Source: Lama glama
Lineage: Eukaryota
Direction of reading: 5' to 3'
DNA length: 64,000 nt
Assembly (NCBI GenBank): GCA_028534125.1
Contig: CM052816.1
Span: 87,918,001-87,982,000, forward strand
The position numbers were made by a program, and so were the translations under genes. Below the pieces are notes generated by a model. It saw only the letters and a list, made by a program, of their open reading frames with translations. It was not told the DNA's origin and ran no database searches. Of the stretch, positions 52,136 through 64,000 are shown piece after piece; position 1 is the first letter of the stretch; the number at the start of each line of letters is the position of its first letter.

Positions 52136-53154
52136 CTTTAGGAGCTCAATACATACAAAATTACTGTGAGATGACAGTTTCCCAAGAAAGTAGTTACACA
52201 AATATTTAAAGCTCTAGGCTGAAGAATCAGGACATTGTAAGAATAAAAAGGGAGGAAAGACACTTTCTTTTATCCTGTCCCTCCCTTCCTGCTGCTTAAT
52301 TTCTTTCCATCCAGCTGCTTATAAAAAGATCAAAGATACATCGAACTTGTCTCCCTGAGTGACTCTATTTCAGTCAATGTCACAGCCCACTCAGTGTCAC
52401 AGCTCACTCACTTTCCGACAGAGACACAAGTTTCTATAACACCCCCCTTCTTAGCTCTTCTGATGGGTCCCCCGGCCGACACCCCCATTCTAGAAGATGT
52501 TTTATGACAAAAAGGAACTGCCATAGGGTTCTCTGAATACGTCTGCCCAGTGAAGTTGATGCTATGGACTCTTCGTCATGTTTACAGCAAACTATTAGCC
52601 CATAGGTCAGCATTTTTAGCCTTGTTCTTCCTCCAAAGCAGTGCTTCTGGACACCTTGCTTTCTCACAGGTGATGTCTGGAATCCTCTCATCTTCCCATT
52701 CACAGAATCTGAAAGTGCCACAGGGTCAGAATGGTCATACCAGCTTTGTGAATTGGTGAAAAATAAGTGTAGACCTTCACAATGTGACAAAAGATTATTT
52801 AAAGTAAGGGATTTAGAGAATATTTATATAACAATTTTTATGTTTGATTGTTCTTTCTTGGTTTTCCCCTACGTAAACTGTTACATTGTTGGCATGACTA
52901 CTCATGGAGTGATTGTTCCTTATCTTCAACCATTCTTCCATTTCAAATCTATCTGAAAACCTTACCTGTGGATAAGAAGGGTCAAAAATGAAATTAACTA
53001 TCTAGTTAGAAAATTAACAATATTTTTCAGTATATTTTACTGAATTAAATACTATGTTTGATTAAGCAGACTGCATCCTTTATTTGACTTTTTATTATTG
53101 ACAAGGGTACACATTTTAGTTATATTATGTACATAAATATCCATGTATCAACCC

Positions 53155-53511
53155 TGCAATGTGCTGAATGTTATGTCTCTTTTAAGTTCATATGTTGAAA
53201 TTCTACTCCCCAGGGTGATGGCATTTGGAGGTGAGTCATGTGGGAGGTGATTAGGTCATCACGGTGGAGCCCTTATGAATGGTACTAGTGTCTTTATAAG
53301 AAGAGACATGAGAGATCTCCCCAGTTGCCTATGAGGATACTGACAGAAGACAGTGGTCTACGAACCAGGCAGCAGCCCTCATCAGTTATTGAATCTGTTT
53401 GTGCCTTAATCTTGGGCTCTTCAATCTCCAGAACTATAGAAAGTCAAGGTTTGTTGTTTAAGCCTTCCAGTCTCTGCTATTTTTGTTATGGCAGGCCAGA
53501 CTAATAAGACA
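53155..53511 (+). mobile_element. MaLR solo LTR (MLT1A-like) with 5-bp TSD
   Basis: TG...CA ends; ttcatatgttgaaattcta...gggaggtgattaggtcatcacggtggagcccttatgaatgg...gttgtttaagccttccagtc...taagaca. Flanks aaccc (53150-53154) and aacct (53512-53516). Confidence 0.92.
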
Positions 53512-54941
53512 AACCTATATAATATAAACAATTAAACTATTTTGTTAATTCAAGTCAAACTGTTTATTTTTATATTCAGCATTCATTGTAAGTAAATTCA
53601 TATACAAAATTTCCCTTGTTCTGATGATGAGATTTATACATCATTATTTTATTTAGAATTTACAGTTAAAAGTCCAAAATCTTGTTCAAAACTAGATTCA
53701 AATTTGTAACTAAAAATACTTAATTTGAATTGACTTACAAATAAGAGTCTGTGTTTTATCTCTTCTGCCTCATAAGTTTCAATTCATCTTAAATAGTTTC
53801 TAAAATGTTAGTGTGCTACAATTTTCCCATAAAATTCTGAACTGGATTTAGGGCAATGTGTGAGCTACAGCTTGAAACTGATGGATGGATTTAGGAATTC
53901 ACAAATGATTCCTCTCTACTGTCTGACTGCAACATACTGTCAGAGGCAAACTTGCCCAAAAGTTAAATGATCAAAGATGCCCAGTGAAATTCTTTTGAAG
54001 ACACTGATACCCTCTTCTAGTGTCAAGATACTAGTTAAAATAAAAAAAAAGGAGTCCCTCAGAAATATTAAGTAGCAAAATTCATCATACTCATTTTTAT
54101 GAGTGTTCAAGACAAATATATCTCATGTATTGTGTATCCCCAAATCTTCACACTAAATTTCAATTTATGTGTTTGAGATGATTATCAAAGTATTCAAATG
54201 AATAAAATCATTTCAGAGTTTTATCAGTTTGTAAAATGGCATAACATAATCTGGGAAGAGTATTTGTTTTGAGAATGGAATTTACAATAATTGAAGATAA
54301 AGCCTGTGAGCAAAGCAGGGAACGTTGCCATGTGACAGCCTTGAAACTTATAGTTAGTTGCTGGAAGGAATTCTGGAGCTGAGTTTCATAGCCAAGTTGG
54401 ATGAAAACTATATATAATTTAAATACCTGCCATTCTCTTTCTTTCTCAGTGGTCTCCTTCTCTTAAAGTACTTGAGGGGGAAAAAAGTTTTGCCTGGATC
54501 AGGCCTGGCTTTTTATTTTACTTGCATCTTATTACCAAAGTCAACCACCCCACGGACTTTTCTTTTTGACCTGATAATAGCCTGAAACTTCTTCACCATC
54601 ATCTGCCTTAAACAGCTACTGTCTCCTGCCTCCCTCCTGTTGTCCTCATGAGCTTGCTAGTTTTTTCCTCCCCTATTTATGCACAATACCCCTTGCACAA
54701 GGCTGCTATCTATCAGACACTGAAATCTGAGATTAACTAAACAAGTGAAAATAAGGATCCAAAACCAGCAAGAACTTAAAATTGTGGCTGCTTAATATAA
54801 CTCTTCTAGGTGTCTGATGGAAAAGAAAAGTCATGTAAACACAACAGGGAAGTGAACCAAACTGTCATATGTCTGGAGTGGAGACTTCAGCTCAAAAATC
54901 CAGTGGGGATGTAACACTCAAATTCAAGACCTTCAGTATAT

Positions 54942-54990
54942 GTCTGTCTGTCTATCTATCTAACTATCTATCAATCTATCATCTGTCTAA
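54942..54990. repeat. (TCTG)/(TCTA)n tetranucleotide repeat
   Basis: Seen directly; imperfect. Confidence 0.85.
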
Positions 54991-55949
54991 CTAATCTTCT
55001 GTCTTTCTATCATTTAGGTAGACAGATTGATTAAAACAGTAGTGTTAAGGAAAAGAGTTCTTGAAGGCAGTGTACCCTATACAGATTTTGCATGCCCTCC
55101 ACAGAAACACACAGTTACATTTATGTATGGAACAGTTTAAATTCCTCTTTCCATAGCTTTCTGCTTCCTAATCACGTCTATCGATGCCTAAGAAAATGGA
55201 GGCAGCTCGCAGGGCCTTTCAAAGCAACCCAGGCTCCCCTCAGCTAGTAGAGATGCAGCAAAGGATCTGAAACGGCAGTACTCCTTTATATTGGACCAGG
55301 TCTAATTCTTAGGCAGGACTTCCCAACCAACAAATATTTCTGTAAGTCAAAAGGAATTGGTACGTGAATTTCTTCTTCCCTTGGATCTGGAATGTCTGAG
55401 GGTGCTTCTTTGATTTACCTGAAAACAGGTGGGAAAATATTCCCATGCGCCGTCATGGAAATAGGTCCTTACAAATGAGATTTGGTGCTGAAAGTGTGTG
55501 TATGGATGAGGGAAAAGAGCCAGGCTCAGGATCTTACTCTCTCACCAAGGAAGCAGGTGACCTGGAAGATGAGGAGCAGAGCCATCTGATCACTCAGGAG
55601 AGACATTTAGCCATTCCAGTTCTGAAACTCTGTGATCATTTTGAGAAGGCACACGGGAGGCAGACACCTGATACTAGCGGCTAAAACCAGTCCCTTTCTG
55701 TCCCATCGACCATCGGCTCAGGATAGGTCAGGACGACAGTTAGGACCACACATGTAGGTGTCTGCCTAGCCTGTGTACATAACACATTGGTGGAGAAACA
55801 TTTTGTAAGTATGATAGTGATGTCTAATGACCTGGAAAACCAATATCCCATCTACACATAGTAGCTGATGCTGGACTCCAGATGCCTGCTTTTCCAGTTT
55901 TCTAAGAGATACTAATTTTTTGAACTTTTATATAAAAGCTCTCAAACAG

Positions 55950-56460
55950 ATATCTACACAAAGATTTGTACAAGAATGTTCATTGTCATTAGACTGATAT
56001 TATTCAAAAACTATAAGCCCACTGGGTATCTATCAACAATAGAGTAGATAAACTGGATTAAATGGCTAAAGTGAGTGGAAATTATTTCTACAATGAAACA
56101 CACTCAGCAGTAATAAAGAGCAATGACTTACATACTCAGTTAAATGGATAAATTTCAAAAAACCTTAAGCTTAGATAAAGAAACTGGAAACAAATTAATA
56201 CACACTTATGATACTATTTACATGAAATTTAGAAAAGATCAATCTTGTCCGTGGTGACAGAATCTAGGTCAGTGGTTGCCTGTGGTCAGGGGCTGGGAGG
56301 AGGAGGTCCAGAGTACTTGGGTGGTGGAAAATTTCTATGTCTTTATTGTAGAGGCAGGCAGTTACCAAGGGAGAATGCAGTTGTCAAAATTCATAAAACC
56401 ATATCATTAAATATACATTTATTTTACATGACTTACACCTTGATACATTAATTTTTAAAA
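55950..56460 (+). mobile_element. Old L1ME-type 3' end
   Basis: acaaagatttgtacaagaatgttcat...atgatactatttacatgaaatttagaaaag...gtggtgacagaatctaggtcagtggttgcctgtgg...ttgtcaaaattcataaaac. Confidence 0.85.
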
Positions 56461-57774
56461 ACTTATATACATTAAGTAAAAAATTTTAGAGCTAAACATG
56501 GTAGGTGTTTATCTTGTATTTATACATGATCTCCTGAGCCTCAGAGGTGTCTGATGGGATCTGGGACTGGAATTCAAATCTACTTAAATTTTTCCTTCTA
56601 TTTCTTTTTATAGTCGGATTCTTGAGTCTAAAACTTTGTTTATGAAAATAAAAGCTTTACTTAAGTTCTTATCCTTCTTTGCTTCTTTGCTTCTCCTGTG
56701 CAAATTTCCTTAAATGATAATTGGCATTTATCACTTTTGGTCCCATGATTCATCCCACCTCTTGCAGTTTAAGGTCCATCCCTACTTTTTCAGCAAAACT
56801 TACTCAGAGAAGAAAAGCCACTACTGGGCTAGAAGCTCCAATGATTCTCAACTTTTTCAGTAATTGCCTTTAAAAAAAAATCTGTTCAGAATTTTCTTCT
56901 TTCTTGACTTAAGATTTCTGGTTCTGGCTTAAGATTTCTGGTCCTTCCTATGTCTGGGATTGCCTTTCCGTTATCTGTTTGTTTGGCTGTTTTTAACTCC
57001 TCCTTGAATCCAGAATTCTACCAAAGATTTCTTTCTCATGCTCTCTTCAATTACTTCTGGGCTAATGTGTTCTAAATACTTAACTCTTGCCTTTTCTTAA
57101 GGTCATCCAACTGGTAAAATGTGGTATCTTGATATCATACCATGAAGTCATCATATTTCAAATTTAACATATGGCATCTTCTTCTACCTAAGACACCTTG
57201 AACCTCAAATTTAAACTTCAGCATATAATTCAGCTCCCTCCTCCCTGCACCTGTCATACAACTTGTATTAGTGAAATCTTAGGATTTGTCTTTGAATGCG
57301 TCTCTCATGTCCACCACATACCTGCAGTTGTTTTGGTAAAGCATTTTTATTTACAAGTCGCCTTATTATTTAGTGTTTATTTTTCTTTTTTCTAAGTCAT
57401 CCCATGCATTGCTGCTAAGGAATGCTATCACTAGTGCACAGCTCAGTGCACATCTTTTATCTGCTTGCTGGTTTTCAAAAGCTACCAGACGATTTCATTT
57501 GAATCCAACAAAAGCAATGAAACAAATATTTCTTGGGGACTGGAAAAACCATGCAGTGCTAAAGGCCAGGCCTGGATCGATAAAAGAGCATGTTCAGTAC
57601 ACTCTTCCTGCCATTCAAAGATCTAATTTTCATTTAAACCAGCACTTTCTGGTCAATTTCTTTCCCACAGATGACTTTCCAGCACCCACTGAGATCATTT
57701 TGCCTAGAGCTTGCCCAGGTTTGTATTTTTGCTAGGATTTTTCTCACTTCCTGGAATGATGATAATATTAATAG

Positions 57775-58020
57775 TAAGCATACAATTATAAGTATCATTC
57801 ACAGAGTGTCTAATGTAGGATAAGCATTCTGCCTAGCATTTTGCACACATGATTGCATTTCACCTTCATAGCAATTCCATCAAGTTGGGTTTGACCATTT
57901 CACAGATGAAGATCTGGAAGCTAGAGAATTTGCATAACTTGCTATGGTCACACAGGTAATAAAATCGAGCCAATCTGGCACATGGGAAACCCTTACCCTT
58001 CTCACTTCAATACACCATCT
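57775..58020 (-). mobile_element. MIR SINE
   Basis: gcattttgcacacatgattgcatttcaccttcatagcaattcc...ccatttcacagatgaagatctggaagctagagaatttgcataacttgctatggtcacacagg. Confidence 0.85.
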
Positions 58021-58398
58021 TCTATCATGCCCTTTTTTCCAGCTTTGCATATTTGTATATATCTGATTCATCTTTCAAAACCTTTGTTTATGAAAATCTT
58101 TGTTTCCTCCAAGTTGAAAGCTAGTATTTTTCATTGTCTCAAGTAAATTTTGCCATGAAACTTTTTTGTCACTTGTCACTTAGCAGCTTACATTTCAGTC
58201 ACTAGTGTGCAAGTTGCTGTCTCTACAAGATGCTAACAATGGAAGGATAAAAATTATGACTCGTAGCTTAAGATTCACTTTTACACCGAGAAGACAGCAA
58301 GTATTTATAAGATAAAAGGATGTGCAAAACTGCGTATGTCTGGATTCCTGGAACAGAAATTAGAGAAGTTACTTAAGAAAGTAGTTCTTTCAAAAAAA

Positions 58399-58680
58399 TT
58401 TTTTTATTGACGTGTAGTTGATTTACAGTGTTACTTTCAGGTGTACAGCAAAGCAATTCAGTTGTACATATACATTTTTTTCAGATTCTTTTCCATTATA
58501 TTACAAGAAATTGAATATAGTTCTCTGTACTATACAGTAGGTCCTTGTTGTTTATCTTGTTATATATGGTAGTGTGTATCTGTTCATCCCAAACTCCTAA
58601 TTTTTCTCTTTCCCTTTTAGTAACCATAGTTTGTTTTCTATGTCTGTGAGTCTGTTTTTTGGTTTGTAAACAGAATTTGT
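58399..58680 (-). mobile_element. 5'-truncated LINE-1 3' end (cetartiodactyl type)
   Basis: ttttttttattgacgtgtagttgatttacagtgttactttcaggtgtacagcaaagc...cagattcttttccattat...ctatacagtaggtccttgttg...taaccatagtttgttttctatgtctgtgagtctg. Possible degenerate TSD aagtagttcttt / aagtggtcctta. Confidence 0.9.
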
Positions 58681-59279
58681 ATCACAAGTGGTCCTTAAAT
58701 ACTAATGCCTCCTGTAAATTTCAAAGACCACGGTTCTCAGTGAGAGAAAAGGAGAAGTGAAGAAAGCTTCTTAGTGAGAGACTATCTTGGAAGAACAAGT
58801 GTGATTTTAAAAAACACTACGCTGTTCCACGCCTGTTATTTATCTTGTCTCATAATATTAAATTTATGTTTACAGTGAAGGATACTTAAAAGAGGACACA
58901 TTTGTTTACCCTGAGGAATCATGTGTTCAAAGTGATTGCGTGACACCTTTATCTTTTCGTCAATTGTGAGAAATAGGAGAGCTATTTTTGAAATGTGTGA
59001 CATAATATCTATATTTAACAAAAATAACTTTCTGTCCTTTAAGTAGTTAAAAAAAAGAGAATTAGTTGCACTGTTTCTCATAGGATTACATTTTGCTCAA
59101 TTGACAATAACAAAAAAAGCCTCTTCGCTGTGTAAATTTGTCAATTTTAGATTAGAGTGCATTATCTTATTGAGTTTTATCATGCACCCTCAGCATCTAT
59201 TATTCCTATTAACTCTAAGTTCAGCCTCCACCTTGCCCTTTTCCTCTTCTAATTCGCATTGGGCAAATCATTTCTGGTC

Positions 59280-59520
59280 AAGATCAGGAGCTCATCTGTG
59301 CATCTAACCCTGAACATCAATCCAACAGAAGAGCGGATCCCATTAGCATCAGACTCGTGACTAATAAATGCAAAGGTCCAGTGAAGAGCAACACGGTGCC
59401 TCACTCCGCCATCAATCTCTGGCACCTCAGAAGCTAAGTGACGTGAACAGTAGGTCGCAGCCTCCAGCTTTCATAAAAGGTCCCGGTAGGGATAGTGTAT
59501 TACACATACAAAAAGGTAAT
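59280..59520. promoter_or_regulatory. Candidate enhancer/insulator element
   Basis: CpG-retaining unique block with PBX-HOX-like, posterior HOX, CRE-half and CTCF-like motifs. Confidence 0.3.
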
Positions 59521-61379
59521 GTCAGGCCATTGTAGCAGACATTTTCCGAGCCAGAAAGTGTCACTGCGTATCTATTTCCACTAGTAAACCAAGATTCAGA
59601 CATACACTGGCTCTTTCTATTGTACGTTGCACTTGTAATATCTCATTTAAAGCTATTTCCAAGGTTGCTTACAGTATCACTGCCTTCTTTGCTACTGGAA
59701 GGTGATGGAATGCCCTACAAAGCCCATGACATCACTTCAAATAACATACCTTTCATCAGTTCCTAGATCCATTTGCGTAATCATATATTCTGAAAGTGTA
59801 TGAATGAATCTGAAGTTTTAGGGTGGGAAATGTGAAAGACGTGGATATTGTTCAATTTTAAGTACCTGGGGGAAAGAAAAATAAGATTTTGTTTAATGTT
59901 CTGTGGCTCAAGATGCATTCATGTCATCCTCTTGATTCTTGTAGTTAATACAATTTGTCCTGAAATTTTATTTTTCCGTTTAGTTTTCTATTTTATTTTT
60001 CCGTTTCTTTTTCACCTGCTTTCCTCTTTCATTTATTTCTAACATCTTTCTCCCATCTTGTCAGTTTCCCCTTTCCATGTGCTTATTTGAAAAAGCACAA
60101 CATAGTTGTTTTTAGACTTAGAAATAATTTCTATGGCGCACTATGAATATGCAATACCCCTGCCCACATACACACATTTTAAGAATTTTTATCCTTTTCT
60201 GTAAAATTAGCCAGAAGTCCCTTTTTCAACACATGTTCCTTTGTTCATTCTTTGTTTGACTGGATTTTGTTTTTCCCATGGCACATCTTTTAACACTGGA
60301 ATGAATCAACGTGTAGGAAACATTAGGCAACCGGTTTAATAGCTTTTTTTATATGGCACTGGGGGTAATAACGAAAAATGGTCATTTTCTTAAGATTTTA
60401 ACAATTAGCAGTTTGGCGCTTGTAAAGTCTGTAACCAGTCTTTTGGATGAAGTTTCCTTTTGTGCAAGTGGCTGGGGTGGACATAGGGGTGAGGCTGAAG
60501 AAATGAGAAACTGCAACCATTGTCACTAATAGAATAATTATCTACTTGAGGAATGAATAAACCCTGGACGTGCATCAAATATATGTAAAAAATACTCATC
60601 AGCAAAGAACATGAAATTTGTATAGTAAAATGATGTTTGTTGATATTTATTGCTTTTTATATTTTCCTCAAAATTTATGCAAGCTGTTTATATGAGAGTT
60701 AAACTGATGATTTCAGGACAATTTACAGCCCCTTGAGAAATGCACACTAATGCCTATCATGGGATGCATAGAAGTTCTGCCATTTTTTAAAATCTCAAAC
60801 CAAAGAAAGGTGCAATGCAGCCAGTGGCTTTTTCTTAGCACTTTGTAGTACCTAGTGGTTGGAAGTGAGGTGCACAATAGAGCACATTAGTTTTGATGTC
60901 TTTGCCAGAATGGAAGAGCCACTTAGAGAGCTCGTGACTCCAGTGTGCCTTTAACGTGATATACTGTTTCTGAAACTGAATGGCTAAATGCATTTCCCTA
61001 AGTGCTTCACTTAGCACCAAGGAGCAACTTGGAGTCTTTGGAGAATAAAATCTATTCTTTTAATGTAGATAAATAAATTTCTACCTTTACGTACTCAGGT
61101 CTGTGCATACTCTAATTCTATACAGCTTTGTCAAAAGCATTGATATGCTTTACCTAAAAAGCTAATGTGAATCTTGGAAAAAATTGATTAACATGAAAAC
61201 AGTTGGCAGAATTTGTTTCCCCCAAAACCGAATGACATGAACAACCTCTTAAAATTTCAATGAAAGCTGAAATGAGAGTCTAACGTCAAGTCCCCAAACT
61301 CATGAAGTGTCGTCTAGACTCAGTATAATTTTGGAATAAATTAAAAGAAGATTCAAGTGATCAACACAGGGCTTTTCCT

Positions 61380-61620
61380 TGCAGAGGACGTTGCGGTTTG
61401 GCAGAAAGTGAGGAAAACGTGTCATACACGTCACTGATGTTCTTGAGCTAAAGATGGCGGCAAGGTCTGCTGGCAACTCGGGGAAACACGGGGAGTGGTT
61501 CGCTTGGAATCACGTCAGCATGGATACACGGGAGCCTCAGGTCCAGGCCGGAAGAGCAGTGGAGCAATTTCTCCTCATAGAAATTGTTAGTAGAAATGGA
61601 GTGACGTCTGAGATAAGCCA
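61380..61620 (+). promoter_or_regulatory. Candidate promoter-like motif cluster
   Basis: YY1 aagatggcggc (61451-61461), three CRE-like sites, an RFX half-site and ETS ccggaag, with a local CpG excess. Confidence 0.4.
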
Positions 61621-62339
61621 CTTATGCAGCTGGACTGAGTAAAGGCAGCAAAGAGATGGCTGAGCACCCAAAAAACAAAATAAACCAAAACCAAATAAGA
61701 TGACTATATCGAAAGTCAACTACTGAAAATATAAACAATTTTAAAAAGTTATCCATACATCTGGAAGCAAAGAGAGATATAAACTAGATGTAGAAACAGA
61801 CAAGACACCCTGTTAAATATACTTTTTATTCCTTCATTTTTGGTTTATTTTTTTTAAAATAGAGAGAAAGAATGCAGTAATAAAATTGCTAATAGTGGCA
61901 TCATAGGGCCACATCTTGGCCACCTTCTTAGCTGAAGATCAGAATAAATATCTCAGACACCTGTCCTGGGGACACTAGTCACACAGGACCTAGAGTGATA
62001 AGGAAGAAATTCAAAAAGAATAGCCCTACACATTCTGTGAGCAAAGACTAAACCTGCATAGAGCTACACCCCAGTGAAGATCAGACCCAGGGGAAAGACA
62101 GAGTTTGTATCAAGAACACATTGCAGGAAACCAAAGATAATTATATTGTGCTGATTTTCGCTTTCCATGATATTGAATAAAAATAAGAAATCCATAAAGG
62201 AAGAGATCGTGAGAGAGAAAGTGTAATGAGATGGCATAGACCTAAAGAAGCAAACTGATGATAAATTAAAATTATTGCAGAAATTAGAAACCACTGAAGA
62301 TAAAGGAAAACAATGTAGTTTATTGCTGACATACTTCAG

Positions 62340-64000
62340 TTTGACGTAAGAGAAAGCTTGGCTCAGACAGATGTTGTTTTTCTGAGAAAGTTCTTTTTTT
62401 TCTTCACTTTTGAAAGAAAACTTCACAAGGTACACAGTTCTAGGTTGGTGCCTTATTTTCACTCAACACTTTAAATATTTCTCTACTCCTCCTCATCTTG
62501 CTCACACTGCTTAGTGTTCTCTGAGCTTTCTGGAGCTGTTGTTTGATGTCTGACATAAATTGGGGAAAATCTTTAGTCGTATTATTTCAAATATTTTCTC
62601 TGTTCCTTCTCTTTTTCGTCGCCTTCTGATATTCCCATCATATGTATGTTGTACCTTTTATAGTTCTTTTATAGTTGTCTCACAGTTCTCTACAGTCCTT
62701 GAACCGTCTCTTCTTCTTCTTCTTCTTCTTCTTTTTTTTTTTTTGTCTTCTATACCCTTTGTTTCTCAGTTGGAATATTCTATTGATACATCCTCTAGCT
62801 CAGAAATTCTTTCAGTCATGCCCAGGCTTCTAATGAGCTCATCAAACATACCTTTCATTCCTGCTATTCTGTTTCTTATCTCTATCATTTCTTTTTGTTT
62901 GTTTCTTAGGATGTCCAACTCTCTGCTTATGTTGCCCTTCTGTTTTTGCATGCTACTTTATCCATTAGAGTCCTTAGCACATTAATCGTAGTTTCAAATT
63001 TGCAATATGATCATTTCAACATCCTTGCCAGGTCTGATTCTAGTACTTGCTCTGTTTCTTCAAATTGTGTTGCTGTTGCCTTTTAGTATGACTTATAATT
63101 TTCTTTTCCCTCTCTCTCTCTCTCTTTTTTTTTTTGATAGTCAAACATAATGTAGTGAGTAAAAGGAATATCTATAAATAGGCTTGTAGTAAACTGGTGG
63201 TGAGATGTTGGGAGAGAGGAAAAGCATTCTATAGTCCTATGATAAGGTCTTAGACTTTTAGTAAACCTATACCTCTAGGCTGTGAATTTCACAAGTGTTT
63301 CTCAGTGTTTTTTTTTTTTTTCCTCCTTTAATTTGGCCAGGATGGCTAAAGTGGGCTGGAGTTGACTATTTCCCTTCTTCCAGGCAGAAGGCTAGAGCCA
63401 GCTGGAGTGGAATATTTACCTTTCCCAGGGCAGTTGGTCGCTGATAATATCCAGGTGAATTGAGCCCTGGTAACTGATTTCCCCTGAGGGCAGGCCTTGT
63501 TAAAAAGAATAGCATGCACAGGATGGCCTATTTCAAAATTGTCCCTTTTCCCTTCCTGCTGCTGGAAGCCTAAGGGGATTTTTCTATGAGATATTATCTG
63601 TGGGAGCCTGGGGCAGCTCTTGGAGGTAAATGCCAGAAAACTGTGTACCCCTGGAATTTTTAACTCTTAAGCTTGTCCACACTGAGCCCCAGCAGTTCCT
63701 CAATGACAGTTCAGGTTTTCCAACCCTGGAGCTGTTTCCTGAGGAGGTTTCCACTCGTGAGCCCCTGTTCTGGTAAGCTGGGACTCCCTGCATTCACGTA
63801 TCTATCTCTGCAGTCTTGGGGGCAGCAGTTTATTCTATGTCCTCCAACATTTTATGGATCCAAGAAGAGTTGTAGATTTCTCAGTCTGTTCAATCTTTTA
63901 ACTTGTCACTAGGGTAGGATAGTAACTTCCAAGCTCCTTGGTTGAGGAACCAGAAATCAGAAGTCCTTTCCAAAGTCTCCGAAATCAATCATTTGTATGC
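62340..64000 (-). mobile_element. Old LINE-1 ORF1 and 5'UTR region (degenerate L1M), running off the window edge
   Basis: Antisense L1 ORF1 motifs (tcttcacttttgaaagaaaacttcacaaggtacacagttctaggttgg; ttggggaaaatctttagtcgtattatttcaaatattttctc). ORF 62766-62951(-), ...ISRELDILRNKQKEMIEIRNRIAGMKGMFDELIRSLGMTERISELEDVSIE, resembles the ORF1p coiled coil. Contains a (CTT)n tract near 62710-62735. Confidence 0.85.

Noticed and set aside
62560..62985. 141-aa hydrophobic plus-strand ORF as a membrane protein
   Set aside because: It is the antisense frame of A-rich L1 ORF1 plus a (CTT)n tract.
44..63912. Six-frame ORF track entries as protein-coding genes
   Set aside because: All are 60-141 aa, many begin at non-ATG codons, many overlap repeats or microsatellites, and none resembles a protein I know apart from the degenerate L1 ORF1p piece.

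Overview
AT-rich mammalian nuclear DNA, either intergenic or deep inside an intron. I recognise no protein-coding gene, tRNA, rRNA, CRISPR array or prokaryotic system. The supplied ORFs are short chance frames or fall in repeats; the only one I recognise is a degenerate LINE-1 ORF1p fragment at 62766-62951. The window is a patchwork of ancient eutherian repeats (L2, MIR, MLT1 LTRs, Tigger1 and hAT DNA transposons, old L1M) plus several younger 5'-truncated L1 3' ends of the cetartiodactyl type. I saw no Alu, Bov-A/BovB, PRE1, CHR or SINEC elements, which suggests a camelid genome (inference). Repeat names were assigned by eye against remembered consensus sequences, and boundaries are approximate unless a target-site duplication (TSD) is quoted. 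The best leads are: (1) a tandem double-L1-tail insertion bracketed by one TSD, possibly a 3' transduction; (2) a 43-bp copy of nearby DNA at an L1 5' junction; (3) an unassigned ~570-bp TG...CA LTR-like insert in an L2; (4) a 75-nt minus-strand exon candidate with strong splice sites; (5) a YY1/CRE/RFX/ETS promoter-like cluster; (6) several CpG-retaining, homeobox-motif-rich unique blocks that look like conserved enhancers. The sequence alone does not demonstrate a new biological system.
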